Part shown: positions 42,401 to 47,552 of the stretch, piece by piece
Position numbering within the stretch: position 1 is the stretch's first letter
Layout: every line of letters starts with the position of its first letter
Assembly (NCBI GenBank): GCA_963662585.1
Contig: OY759729.1
Coordinates: forward strand, 96,001 to 160,000
Direction: 5' to 3'
Length of the DNA: 64,000 bases
Source of the DNA: Candidatus Cloacimonadales bacterium
Lineage (GTDB): Bacteria > Cloacimonadota > Cloacimonadia > Cloacimonadales > JAFGVF01
Translations under genes and position numbers: made by a program
The notes under the pieces: generated by a model
Databases searched by the model: none
Seen by the model: only the letters and a program-made list of their open reading frames with translations
What the model was told of the DNA's origin: nothing

Positions 42401-43166
42401 ATGAGTTAGTATTATAGACATAAGCGTTAGCATAAGTACTATTTGAATTATTTAGGGGAATCCAACCTGCAGGTTGACCTAAATTAGCTGTAGTGTCAAA
42501 ATTTTCACTATAAGGAACTGTAGCTACACCATATTCTGAGGTATAAGATCTAACTGCAGATTCAATTTCAATACCGGTTGTACTAACAGCTACAATTTTC
42601 CAATAATATGTGGAGTTATAAGCCATTGCTGGAGAATAAGGAGATGTAACAGGATCAACAACAGTTGCTCCAGTAAATTCTATATTATCTGCGAAATATA
42701 ATACAGAGTGATTAGTATTATCACCAGTAGTCCATTCTAATGTTGCATCAATAGTAACGCTACTTGCATTATTATTAGGACTCGTTAAAACAGGTATACT
42801 TGGAGTTCCTGCGACAGGTACGGTATAGCTTACATCACCAGGGGTAGCTGAAGATTGTCCTGATTGAGCTACGACGACACCTAATTCATTTTTAATTTGG
42901 TATTCATTTTCGGTAGGCCAAGAACCAGCTGTGTAATCAGCTTCAATAATATCTTCTGGTTCTACTACGAAAGCATGAGCTTCAGGACCAGAACTATTTT
43001 CAAGTGTTAAATCTGTTAATACGGCAACACCGTTAACACTTACAGTTACGACTCCACCATTCCAACCATCACCGTAGCTATCTACTAATTCGATTGTATA
43101 GTCCAATCCAAACAAGGCAGAAATAACCAGTATTAATAAACAAAAAATAAGTCCATTTTTTTTCAT
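21417..43166 (-). CDS. Giant (~7,249 aa) secreted multidomain surface/adhesin-like protein
   Basis: Unbroken 21.7-kb ORF; ATG 43166 with AAGGAG and signal peptide MKKNGLIFCLLILVISALFG; FN3, cleaved-adhesin-like, many choice-of-anchor D/ASH Ig domains (xxNxGxxxL), GLUG, five PKD, LamG, two beta-propeller-like blocks, cadherin-like repeats and a right-handed beta-helix. Confidence 0.9.
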   Translation of the reverse strand: MKKNGLIFCLLILVISALFGLDYTIELVDSYGDGWNGGVVTVSVNGVAVLTDLTLENSSGPEAHAFVVEPEDIIEADYTAGSWPTENEYQIKNELGVVVAQSGQSSATPGDVSYTVPVAGTPSIPVLTSPNNNASSVTIDATLEWTTGDNTNHSVLYFADNIEFTGATVVDPVTSPYSPAMAYNSTYYWKIVAVSTTGIEIESAVRSYTSEYGVATVPYSENFDTTANLGQPAGWIPLNNSNSTYANAYVYNTNSLTSPNSYRLYNSSATTGSLIASTPKLENAGNRVRFNAKANGAGYPLIVGTMSEAMDESTFVALDTLALTTTYTAYIIDLPADRAVNHVSFKNGSGGTYRYIYIDDVNIEEIPTSAIMEFSPEAVDFGSYLFGNVVETPVTVTLTNVGGLAAEIIEASVLNTNYFILSDVNEYPITLEPQASITLDVTPLTTLMGLHTSTLRLKQTDPGNPFVPINLDVALTVDILDNTGNDHNAPFVLTLADSIVVEHSTTPYNVSYNFCSSQSVVYKLTLPTSKLMDISLEGTLWDTKLYVFNSFDQIDTANQSSDAWYYNDDEGSAGTGGRFIEETKTRDRAAWSKMNQSLAPAGDYYIIVTGYNTNNGEFIMTINTENIPAPGVASNPSPADEAENQPTNLTLTWDNAVYTETIDIYFGHAGSMVLVEEDIPAVEEYAVTLETAREYEWAIVNRNYTGETVDTLVTTWTFSTTGEAPAAAVYTSPADDTTGVALTGNIVWASVTGADGYYVYFSTDDTFTGVTPVDQTATSYAYSSDYDTRYYWKIVPYNVVGMPIEGIEIWSFTTGLSPFPAADLVFDGVRTVNQSMPMEPYYGYTITQNIYLQEELNIDGSAITSISYLYNKNSAWSETVEIYLKHTSKDTFADTYDWELDDFTHVYSGTMNVTTSEAIVTFDFNSPFIYNNTDNLVVLFFATQSGYHSNSDEFYNYPVAGNRSLTQRSDGTNYYTSFPGSIPSGTLKAYRPVSGFTFQELSLEPVFAVSADTLNFVDQIMGTESAVQNLTISNFGFATLSINGLSLTGTNANQFLLTDNNTYPASLEVSENIAVQVLYAPTTEGDHTAQLVITDDQNRAIHTVELVGNSIDTNIYASDLPWNESFEGDLLGWSTIIESSSTTASITLNNTTSNVQDGTAAIRFSNANDVAASLQLISPNLVPDLSGYRLRFWMKGDAGTDMILAKYDTDFTTLTVVDTFAVPLTYEQTVVEFEAALANERIVFLPVFATTYDYVYLDNITFEEIPEGPLAELSVSEIDFGDVPVLQSSSAQRVSITNVGFGTLNIGNIGIIGTDAALFAWDYVEETPDMALENSETLELTVTFTPDAFGAKVATLVINDDLGRRIVLNTNSKARNTNRNANEVTLTGSGWLPPQGSTCADPLPLTLPAVDVTGNTIDFVDDYSSTWISPSSSYLNGDDVVYQFTLANTMLLNGTITTTGSWIGAFILGDEPNATTPAEVILSKTSSSTTLTYTNEIIPAGPYYLIISSYPSPQSIDYTINLTADALPAPAAATSPSPTDEAIDIPTSLTLAWTNANYTETIDLWLGVEGAREMQLVLDNVVAVNSYQATDLVPNATYNWKVINRNYSGETADTLVATWTFTTLGSAPTAVTYLDPADASTNRPLSGSLTWSTATGASGYNVYLSTDETFATTTPVDQAGTSYAYSGLDYETTYYWKVLPYNVVGQPTEGVLVWSFTTIPDPTIPMPVTIDFEGSTTVPVTYITNTNMSITESGHGNTNNTLCKNIYSTSSNAFVQFQSMNNITSNSVLTFDYRIVDYSAPHPATVLIENHDYFITTVSTNRGYTFTAINQINAINHVNSIEYATYSINIGSYANQSVIFRFEMNDDTVNDYYFDIDNIYFGEGELELVAPSNLQVSSINGSINLTWSAPLQQSRESRALQGYNVYRDSIQINEEVVTDTLFSDTDLEHGHTYNYYVTAVYDEGESDASNQVEVEAIYLFLSGEGTEANPYLIDNLTDLYILSQNNNYWAEGVYIEQTADIDASDTQNWDEGAGFSPIGYYLSSSNYNSYKGIYNGQGYKISNLYINRPTTICIGFFGYIENADISNIGLVNIETTGNEQVAGLIGHSLSSNIVNSFALCSVNGIKYVGGLVGYFHSSTIIGSYSKGTVNGSINVGGLMGNSSYSSTIGNCYSKATVNGNSFVGGLLGVYDAIEINNCYSTGNVAGNSYVGGFIGILYNGSINNSFWDINISNQTTSQGGTGLTTPEMQTLSTYIDAGWDFTDETENGEEDIWTFVANDYPHLAWEGYETQLSSPPANLQANIVNGSVILTWSAVDSQSQESRALQGYNVYRDSIQLNDEVVLDTLFSDTNLVHGHSYSYNVTALYDEGESEASNAVEIEIYQLLVDFDASTTSTITGQEIQFNNLSTEGEADYYWEFGDGNSSLEENPIHVYQNAGLYTVSLTVSDEIGSNTETKEDYITIQNSVIIYEEYARTTLNYQDSSNWDQIINDLLGSDYRVADWNDLVSYYNDGGDLLALYDGIGLPNYRNSAYVKRNGDPSYSSTRYYYASRHEHNRPSSYLAHANIDNYLISLGSWYGSNYIMAILNLTPEFNVTDTNPTQFDEIQFINQSQGNITSYYWNFGDGNSSTEENPYHTYTESGVFTVSLTISNNSGSVTETKEDYITINAVNHNPYLTLPDSFTFAEDGNLEVDFSEYITDIDEEDQLILSSNLGDYIYTSIDGFMVTFSAMPDWNGSEVLYFTVDDQAGEGIARVNVSKSRAIASDSVQVIVTPVDDPIYIQNQIDDLLEPMNSDNIIISLIDRFGDIDSEINSFVITGNTNEELVTTSLDDTTLTLSFSEDMYGLAEIELTAYNNHSDQLSMSFLVELYPTSQIAVRPEEYTISVLTGESFPSTLTIENTGLGDLEWAIESVTYAEEGISTWVDISETIGVVTPEGSQIVNLTFSGETLVAGIYHANIEISHNNPYQDNIQISVLMTVLGLPEIEVSTTSLDFGYVFTNSNETLPLVISNIGTSPLIVNNISTTGNYYSVNYQNFTIPVGQSRSIEVTFNPEAIGNDDASLNINSTDYLHNPLVISLFGQAINPPAIEILAQALDFYVLGNGVDTETIIIRNNGASTLEYNLNADDSWISFNPFMGQLAPESEQTITITVNPGTLVAGIYNSSFEVVSNVPGSESTSVDFELVREVYNVTDFDNENNSGEGLADNDLDINIGYNNNNAPIEFNIFSNNPDPETVNLSIRAWNVDDTNGGVHSVYLNGYILGELRGIANSWTTTLFDLEPSYLSSTLVNKVEIQVDTDFVGNTIKVDWGQLSYDNSSLNASIRYIDLDKSSYYAGATVEVTEEIDTNLSSQEIRVETTIYSPWQTIVTGSSRVFTINGTQSDAISESLEIADYYTPGIYELQVIVYDNISNLQQALLTSNFEVKPFESEILVENQILDFGTVLENESKEEVLSITNTGHADLVITEINSNHADFISNVDSASIAFNETQEVIVTFTPSALGQVEGELSIFSNATNTPALVLSLTGIGIANVPYIEVSQSNIDFGNIYTITPDSKSIIVSNVGPAALEITEITSDNLNFILDSDYAGSILNTNEELVFNVTFSPTNVEQYTGNITIISNADNQATLVIPVSGQGSIAPQVTYNPNEYQVAMSVGETITETLELSNTGGNNLTWNIKDNFGKMFEVDGFNSSTVDYGYIRNRASIQLYGGSFAVEMWFRVDSNLGQRSNGSLYNGGKQCIISKSTASQNGSFGIYTDGIDNEVTDKNLKIALNNGTNREFLVANNIELQQWYHIAVSYSDNVLQVYLDGSLISEESVVAFSGNYDPWILGKMNQTGSNWYRFDGAIDEFRIWESARSQTQINNYRNVRLVGNEQDLGGYWNFDQEDLRDNSTYQTAGVLYGNAAITESEVSTIPSWIAFSTTSGELAVSEVTSIDINLDATNIIGGSYNQIIELTSNDPDEDNIEIPLNVTVTGIPNLVISPASLEFGNSFIGYSDTLSVLITNTGSDILSLNDFNIDNDVFSTQVTELNIPANGSERIVLTFAPEAETAYDSELSFTSNLPGTVIRTIELSGSGVYTPQIAISQTTFSAQASSGTETSQELTISNVQGEQLNFNLEIEEVESRDIVTGEFENLPVSNKGMVWVDGYLFVVSYSQNKLYKYDITSQEVIAQYPIHNSPFGITYDGNNLWIGSSTGTFYSYDLSGNLVTQFTNTLLGNPAMAWNGDNFIVCSSSNNNPQIYNVDTTGNVISSAIQTNFNGKINQMVWVTDHTGGELWTLDYSANKLRQLVPATASILNQINYSEFSGISYALAHNGRDLWIAPDLVESPKLYRIDDNIGEFNWLTLSPVSGSLLVGQDQIINLNYDASNLFAGSYQANLIINSNDAETPVTIVPVSFEVNGDANIIVSSDEIEFATSFVGQTLTENLVISNAGTSVLEISNINLNSAEFSVTETTYQIEPLVSQAISVSFTPTSSGVKTAILTLVSNDLSNSEYQIELTAIAQGQPTISVNPASLLVDLTIDSQDTQVVRLSNTGGSDLNYSLALDETNERGENFSTNNELSPIGLYADESRNMLRNELPNYVINQDNQGRFLGDQIATYPNMPVWNAGMYWLNDELYIVDYNKDNENQTSGLLVKYSIETNQVTASYPIHTLPYGITYDGTYFWIGNQSGNVYGYDPTTLNTSSNPPIGSFTSPVDYFPAITYVGDSFLLNRAFGDEAMTTIYRVSHSGEIINTYSAYLGKNISQLAWVGHYYNNELWAFQNVIENEEITGGKILQLRLVNGSIVVTKEKVFYDNSVIYSFANNGKDVWVSDIAGPLFQVDDGRWLSADNIAGTIPAGENQDINITLDPTGIYGGDYSGSLRFTSNDPQNNLVNLPVSMRVVGYPDYTVDSNQINFGEVAVEYSQTEDIAIVNTGSDELVITDVSIIPEGVFTIVSSISSLAPGESGNITVEFAPNSNTEFTASLEIQTNAGNEAISLSGQGYLPPIMELSLSSISSFLNYGQETEESLVISNSGDRELTYEIVISDVSRESTNNRSRSVDASDWLSVTPSSGNILAGNNNSVLVNITATNVYAGSYSAQIVLNSNDPEGVQTIPVQLTVTGSPTITVSATDIDFGSVLIGNSGTETFTITNNGSSTLQVSSMSVGAGEFLVSPPSFILAPEASRTITASFTPQSQGSKSAELVIVSNDIASGEETVNLTGYGMEASAEIYASTSSLEFSEVHVGNSSEIEYTLYNQGTGVLRITGINSNHPDFISLSTPSISNPMNIQAGNSRVLTVRFTPTGDEEVNAILDIISNANNSENLEITMSGRGLYVPQILVNRSSLDWFILDNTLFYDEIVISNEGESQLEYSLTAETIAVPWLSANPVSGTIAVGASETINLTIDTRNINFGSYFANFVITSNDPNNASKSLPMILNHSNFNFTDTDNAGNEFLETADNDLGVDINENSPNAPVEFFIYTNETAIEYAKLRIRAYDIDPGEINYVFVNGSWVGQLVGSRNNYSITEFAIEPSLMNLGENVANEIEISLDVNGVDSGSSKIIWGQVVFNQSPIYASINSLNLNRTNYYPGEVLEVNSVMTSQLYSQTVRAEYELVNSDLEVLDSSTQIIDLSVSASYQASASLQLPSSSSVGSYSVKLAIYDNETDVKQGERTTSLSVLSGDPVLSVNEQINFGENYLGYPKIRNIQITNQGYAPLSIISLTTTNSLFSVIDRAFVLQTGESETISVTYASSEEGNFNEELIIESNDPNNPSQVVSLSASTTEAPHLELSTTEITISIPRFGTDLAYFTISNTGNSSLNITSISVSGTSWLTLAPTLLSILPDASEEIELSFSSYDLTEGNYNAIIQVTSDDPENTTSLVYVTMTVLERLITANFNASPLTGAKNLEVTFTNYSQTSDDSEITEYEWDFQNDGIVDSNEVNPSFIYEKRGNYSVRLTVHNENAETHSLLRSNYISVVNTAPILVSSIPNINMNEDGLNQDLDLRNYFTDADGDNLIFRVSGNNHIQAQISNGIVTLRPELDWYGIEELTFTATDNYQAVASDIITVTVIDVPDAPHFLELPSSISMLQTTRQVIDFANHLYDPEQSLSLLSLAITGNDQITCDILGLEVTFSAPEEWVGMETLTLSVSDGTGRLVTSQDLEVYITDSYEAQFEADDTELLSGQTVNFTDLTVGNPNHWAWYLDNDTTVDSNLQNPSFTYNTGGSYSISLVVSYIDEDDMLVASDSVMYEDYITVEGTSIPGGNYFGNWEVAFSPYNVYGQVSIESGTTLTIEEGTVINFLEDTEFVIEGGLVADGVIFGLADNGSREISQWQGIKFNASENNSSLTNCTFKNSAKAIEINNASPILSGINIEGVDSDHSAIKIIGSSQALINNLDIDKYTSAIEILGDSSDNVPVLSNIRVRHTTNTSRTEDENAIAVKIQDSNLTIDDLDIEDFAKGIEIKSTSTSSSPVLTNIRVRHTTNTSRVDDTYAVKVQGNSSPRISDSVIDDFSKAIIFDALSSTTTPVLTNIRVRHTTNTSRNLGDTAIEFIGVINAEIDSLEVDDFLTGIYFENSERTETTIPTLSNIRVRHTTNTSRTDAVALKSIGKVDLQITGFESENVKDGISIYSSGSTAPVLTNIRVRHTTNTSRDLGGKALDFIGDISPQISDVIIEDFVTGINFDNSDRSEETIPVLTNIRVRHTTNTSRTDAIALKTSGLVKLVLSDFESDNVKDGISIYSSGSTAPVLTNIRVRHTTNTSRELGGRGIELLGSIQAVMDSVEVEDCLTGIYFENLTRTEPTCPVLTNIRVRHTTNTSRTDAVAFKSVGLINFKLTDFESENVTDGINLYSSDVTLPVLTNIRVRHTTNTSRNVGVGITLTEQANAWIRNSLVEGFNVGLMASGNNSANIERNALIDNITAIILSGEECATQIHHNHFESQLEDLVTCFTINNNDIIQILNNNILGYDRIINGENSSPYLSQNIIWGSLLSSADLASGDQVNATFEYNDISMASGYAPGDGNMNVDPNFDDSDDNHNLELNIYSTCIDAGNPNLPSDPDGSVADMGMNYIHHLVNFNSTSRFVTLGTPIQFDNKSEGHDDVSTSILWEFGDGHSSTDRDPAHTYGEVGLYTTTLTMTTGSYTDVMSSEVFVVIQEEAISIPQNPLVTMAGSSLNLTWEEVNQTVSGSPVENVSYLIYSCDDPQGIFRYRANVSILNWTDANIAQAADRQFYFVLAFVGEDRSSLEDFISTHRYLRRDGEVVAPADSFNVKTRSKK
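22628..23990 (-). repeat. Nine copies of PxL(T/S)NIRVRHTTNTSR in the beta-helix; the last six form a 330-nt doublet period
   Basis: Motif near 23955, 23785, 23620, 23450, 23290, 23120, 22960, 22790 and 22630; CATCAGTTC anchors at 23441, 23111 and 22781. Confidence 0.95.
36046..37451 (-). repeat. Direct duplication of an FN3 module flanking a GLUG-type region
   Basis: 36046-36236 and 37261-37451 are near-identical DNA encoding ESRALQGYNVYRDSIQ...YDEGES.ASN, 1215 nt apart. Confidence 0.9.
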
Positions 43167-43910
43167 CTCGCATCTCCTTTTTAGCAAAGTGTTTAATTAT
43201 TATTCATACATTTCTAATAACAATTTCCTATTAAATCGCATATTTTTGAGAATAGATTGTAGTTTTTTTTCTAAAACAAGCCTGATTCTCAATGCAAAAT
43301 ATGCACTTATGATTAAAATTATAAGTGTGGTGATATTTTTAATCACTAGCATATTCATTTTATAAATTCAAAGATCATTTAAAAACTGTCACATTTCCGT
43401 TATTATTGCATATCGGTGGTGGTATTTAACGAAAGTAACTGTTTTTATAAATCAAATATTTACTTACTATAACCATCTATATTCATTTTTATTTAACACT
43501 TTAAATGATGTCTTGTCAACAGATAATTTTTATTATTTTAAGTTAATGAGAAGATTGTTAATGGATGCTGTTATTAGTCAGTTAAGGTATTCTCAACTTG
43601 TCATTACCTTATCTTTTATTGCTTAGTCTCACTCATCTCTATAAGAATTCAGATAATCTTTAAGTTTAATGATAAGGAGAGATTTGAGTTAAATAGAAGA
43701 GCAAGCTTGATAAAGATTGATATTAGGCAGAATAGTATTTTTTTTCATAAAATTAATCTATAAGTAAATTTTAATGAAGTGAGAGAGTCAATCATCCTAA
43801 TCTAAGTGCTTTAGTATAGGATTTGAAGAAAGGTAGAAAATATTTATAGACTCAAATCTCCTATAAATTTTTATGGAGCAAATAATAAATTATAAAAAAA
43901 GGATAATCAA

Positions 43911-45590
43911 ATGGATGAACATAAAGTAATCTATTCAATGAGTAGAGTTGGTAAAGTAATTGATGGAAATAAACAGATATTAAAAGATATCTATCTTGGC
44001 TTTTATTATGGAGCTAAGATCGGTATTGTTGGTTTAAATGGTTCAGGTAAAAGTACACTTTTAAAAATCATGGCAGGAATTGATCAAGATTTCCTTGGTG
44101 AAGTGGCGATGTCAAAAGGTTATACAGTTGGCTATTTAGAACAAGATCCTCAGTTAGACCCTGAAAAAACGGTTATGGATATTGTTAAAGAAGGTGCTGC
44201 AGAGAGTGTTGCTTTATTAGAAAGATTTGAAGAAATAAATCTTAAATTTGCAGAAGCAATGACTGATGATGAGATGGATGCTTTATTAAAAGAACAAGGT
44301 CAAGTTCAAGATAAGCTAGATGCTTGTAATGCATGGGATTTAGATAGCAGATTAGAGTTAGCTATGGATGCCTTGAGATGTCCTCCTAGCGATTTAAAAT
44401 GTGGGGTTATTTCTGGTGGTGAAAAACGCCGTGTAGCCTTATGTAGATTATTACTTCAGGAACCAGATATCCTTCTTTTAGATGAGCCTACTAACCATCT
44501 TGATGCTGAGACGATTCTTTGGTTAGAACACCATTTGCAAAGATATAGAGGAACAGTCATAGCTATTACTCATGATAGATACTTCCTAGATAATGTAGCT
44601 GGTTGGATTCTAGAATTAGATCGTGGAGAAGGTATTCCTTGGGAAGGTAATTATTCTTCTTGGTTAGATCAAAAGCAAAAAAGATTAGCTACTGAAGCTA
44701 AAGGTGAATCAAAAAGACAAAAAGCTTTATTACAAGAATTAGAATGGATTAGAAGCAGTCCTAAGGCCAGACATGCTAAGAGTAAAGCTAGAATTACTAA
44801 CTATGAAAAGATGGCTTCTGAAGAGTTTCAAAAAGAAAATGCAACTGATCAGTTATACATTCCATCAGGTCCTAAATTAGGAACAAATGTTATCAAGGCT
44901 GAAGGTGTTGCTAAAGCATTCGATGAAAAAATATTATATGAAGATTTAAGCTTTGACCTCCCTGCAGGTGGAATTATTGGAGTTATCGGAGCTAATGGTG
45001 CAGGTAAAACTACTCTTTTTAATATGATTACTAAGTCTATTGAACCAGATAAGGGTAATTTCAATCTTGGAGAGACAGTTAAACTTTCCTATGTTGATCA
45101 AGCAAGAATCATTGATTCTGATAAAACTATTTTAGAGCTTATCGGAGATGGCAGAGATGTAATGCTAGTAGGAGATAAAGAGATTAATGTTAGACAATAT
45201 TTATCCCGTTTTAACTTTGGTAGCAAAGAACACGGAAAAGCAATTAAAGTCCTTTCTGGTGGTGAAAAGAATAGAGCATATCTAGCTTTGACATTACAAA
45301 CAGGTGGAAATGTACTATTACTGGATGAACCTACTAATGATCTTGATATTAATACTATCAGAGCTTTAGAAGAAGCTTTAATGACCTTTGCTGGTTGTGC
45401 TGTAGTTATTAGCCATGATAGATACTTCTTAGATAGAATCTGTACTCATATCCTTGCTTTTGAAGGTGATTCAAAAGTTAAATGGTTTGATGGTAACTTT
45501 TCAGAATATGAAGAAGATAAGTTAAAAAGATTAGGTGAAAAAGCTCTTATTCCTAAAAGAATTACTTATAGAAAATTAACTAGAGACTAA
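43911..45590 (+). CDS. ettA: Energy-dependent translational throttle protein EttA (ABC-F)
   Basis: Two ABC domains, GAKIGIVGLNGSGKSTLL, HDRYFLDNVAGWILELDRG, ELEWIRSSPKARHAKSKARI. Confidence 0.95.
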   Translation: MDEHKVIYSMSRVGKVIDGNKQILKDIYLGFYYGAKIGIVGLNGSGKSTLLKIMAGIDQDFLGEVAMSKGYTVGYLEQDPQLDPEKTVMDIVKEGAAESVALLERFEEINLKFAEAMTDDEMDALLKEQGQVQDKLDACNAWDLDSRLELAMDALRCPPSDLKCGVISGGEKRRVALCRLLLQEPDILLLDEPTNHLDAETILWLEHHLQRYRGTVIAITHDRYFLDNVAGWILELDRGEGIPWEGNYSSWLDQKQKRLATEAKGESKRQKALLQELEWIRSSPKARHAKSKARITNYEKMASEEFQKENATDQLYIPSGPKLGTNVIKAEGVAKAFDEKILYEDLSFDLPAGGIIGVIGANGAGKTTLFNMITKSIEPDKGNFNLGETVKLSYVDQARIIDSDKTILELIGDGRDVMLVGDKEINVRQYLSRFNFGSKEHGKAIKVLSGGEKNRAYLALTLQTGGNVLLLDEPTNDLDINTIRALEEALMTFAGCAVVISHDRYFLDRICTHILAFEGDSKVKWFDGNFSEYEEDKLKRLGEKALIPKRITYRKLTRD

Positions 45591-45603
45591 GAAAATTAAA
45601 TTG

Positions 45604-45780
45604 AAAACTGGGAACACCTACTACTGCAGGCAATACCTTACACATGAATTAACGCGAAAGTAGGGGCCTATTGCCATAAGCATTTAGAATCTCACGGTTT
45701 TTGAATTCATAAATCTTCCACAAGTGAGGATTCAGGGGATGATTATTCTAGGATAGCCTAGGGTAATTATCCCCTATTTT
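45604..45780. ncRNA. Candidate structured RNA, 6S-like
   Basis: GC-richer ~177-nt intergenic block whose ends pair into a long irregular helix, with internal hairpin GAATCCTCAC/GTGAGATTC and CCCCTGAA/GCCTGC words reminiscent of 6S RNA; strand unresolved. Confidence 0.4.
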
Positions 45781-45812
45781 AATTCATAGATAAGTAAGAA
45801 ATAGCATCATGC

Positions 45813-45829
45813 TAATTTGAACAACATTC
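45813..45829 (+). repeat. Left 17-bp target site duplication
   Basis: TAATTTGAACAACATTC, identical to 60760-60776. Confidence 0.9.
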
Positions 45830-47406
45830 CAGGCATACCCCCAAAAAACTTTGATATAATATAGTGAACTTTCAGTTTTATAGTAAGTTAGATATAAAAA
45901 TTGTCTAAAAAGATTGATTTATAGGTATTACGAATAAACTTAAACTTTTCTATTAAAATTACGAGAAAGCTTGCAAACAAGGCTAATATTAAGACACTTT
46001 TAGAAATAGTATAACTAATTGATAGATAATAAAATAAGAAAAATAATCCTTGCAAAAAAAGTGCTCCTAAATACAATTAGATTATCTACCAAATAATTTC
46101 TAAAAAAGCACTTTAACAATGGATTTAAAAAAACAGAATATAATAAAATTACAAGGTAAATTTTCAAAAAGAGTAAAAAAATATTCAGAAGGCTTAACTA
46201 TTCCTGAGCATAAAGCCTTGAAAGATATAACGAAAGGAGTCATTTCAAGTAGCTCGGTTATTGTTCGACAAATAGCAACAAGTTTACATGAAAAAATTAG
46301 TTTAGATAAAGTATGTGAGAGATTATATAGAAACCTAAAGAATGAGAAAATTGGAAAAGTGGTAAGTGAAAATTTGTTAAAATACAACAGTGCAAAAGCT
46401 ACCAATGACACATATTTTATAGTTGATGAATCAGATATATTGAAGCCAGAATCAAATAAGTTAGAAGGACTATCAAGAGTTAGAGATGGTTCTACTGGAC
46501 AAAGAGCGAAAGGTTATCATTTACTTAATATTGCATCACTAACAGATAATGGTAAGAACTATTCAATACTCCCAATATGCAGTCAATTATATAGTAATAT
46601 TATAGAAGAAGATACTTCTAAGAATATACTTGAAGATAGAATTATAGATATTACTATTCACAGTAATAATAAAGGTATTTTTGTGTTTGATAGAGGTTAT
46701 GATAGCCGTAAGTTAATAACTTTACTTTCAAATAATGAAAATAACTATATAATTAGAAGTACAGGAAGAGATCTTTTATTGAGGATAATACCGAAGTTAG
46801 CTTTTCATCAGTAGTAAGACAAATTAAACTTAAACATGAGTTTAAAACATCTGATAATAAAACTTTTAATAGCGGAACAAAGAGAGTGAAAATAATAATT
46901 AATCCACATAAACTTAAGCATCCAGATATAGTTGAAGCAAACTTAGTTGTTGTAAGGCATGGTAAAAAAGGAGGCTTGTTTTATTTTCTATGTAACTTTA
47001 ATGATAGCACAATGACAGATTATGAAATAATATTAAAAGCTGTTAAAGGATACAGAAAAAGATGGAAAATCGAAGAGTTCCATAGACATATCAAGCAGGA
47101 GTTTAATTGGGAAAAAGTTCAGCTGATGTCTGATGTAGGATTGAAAAATATTAATGTTATATTAATGGTGGCAGTAGATATAGTTTATTCTACAATAAAA
47201 TATCTGGAAGAACTTTTATATCAATTCCCTGAGTTCGGTAGCACTAATTATAAGAATCATACCTATGTCTATTACAAACTGAGTAGAATCATAAAGCACA
47301 TATTTAATAACACTAAATTGAATAAAATTATACCGCACAAGGGGGAATATCATGACAAGCTACAACTACGGATCAATTTCTTATAAAAATAATGGGGGTA
47401 TGCCAG
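45830..47406 (+). mobile_element. IS4-like insertion sequence, copy 1 (1,577 bp)
   Basis: Terminal inverted repeats CAGGCATACCCCCA / TGGGGGTATGCCAG (13/14 match); DDE transposase inside. Confidence 0.92.
46119..47386 (+). pseudogene. IS4-like DDE transposase, frameshifted
   Basis: IVDES, VFDRGY and YRKRWKIEEFHR (YREK) motifs; 1-nt deletion near 46765 (ACAGGAAG versus ACAGGTAAG in copy 2). Confidence 0.9.
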
Positions 47407-47552
47407 CAATCTTTTTAATAATCTTCTTGACAATGATTCTTTATATTCAATAATTTTTGTTAAGTACATAAAATTATTAAAACAGTTTTAGTAAAAATAG
47501 TATATATTAAACAAAATGAAAATATTTAGAGTTATAAATCAAGGAATTAATT

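Noticed and set aside
43375..43396. CRP-like site upstream of the giant gene
   Set aside because: Only one good half-site (TCACATTT); expected by chance at this AT content
45888..46076. 62-aa hydrophobic ORF in the IS leader (also 59241-59429)
   Set aside because: Probably a shadow of the A-rich plus strand; presence in both near-identical IS copies is not independent evidence; no clear RBS
46740..46814. Programmed frameshift in the transposase
   Set aside because: The two copies break at different positions, so these are mutations or errors
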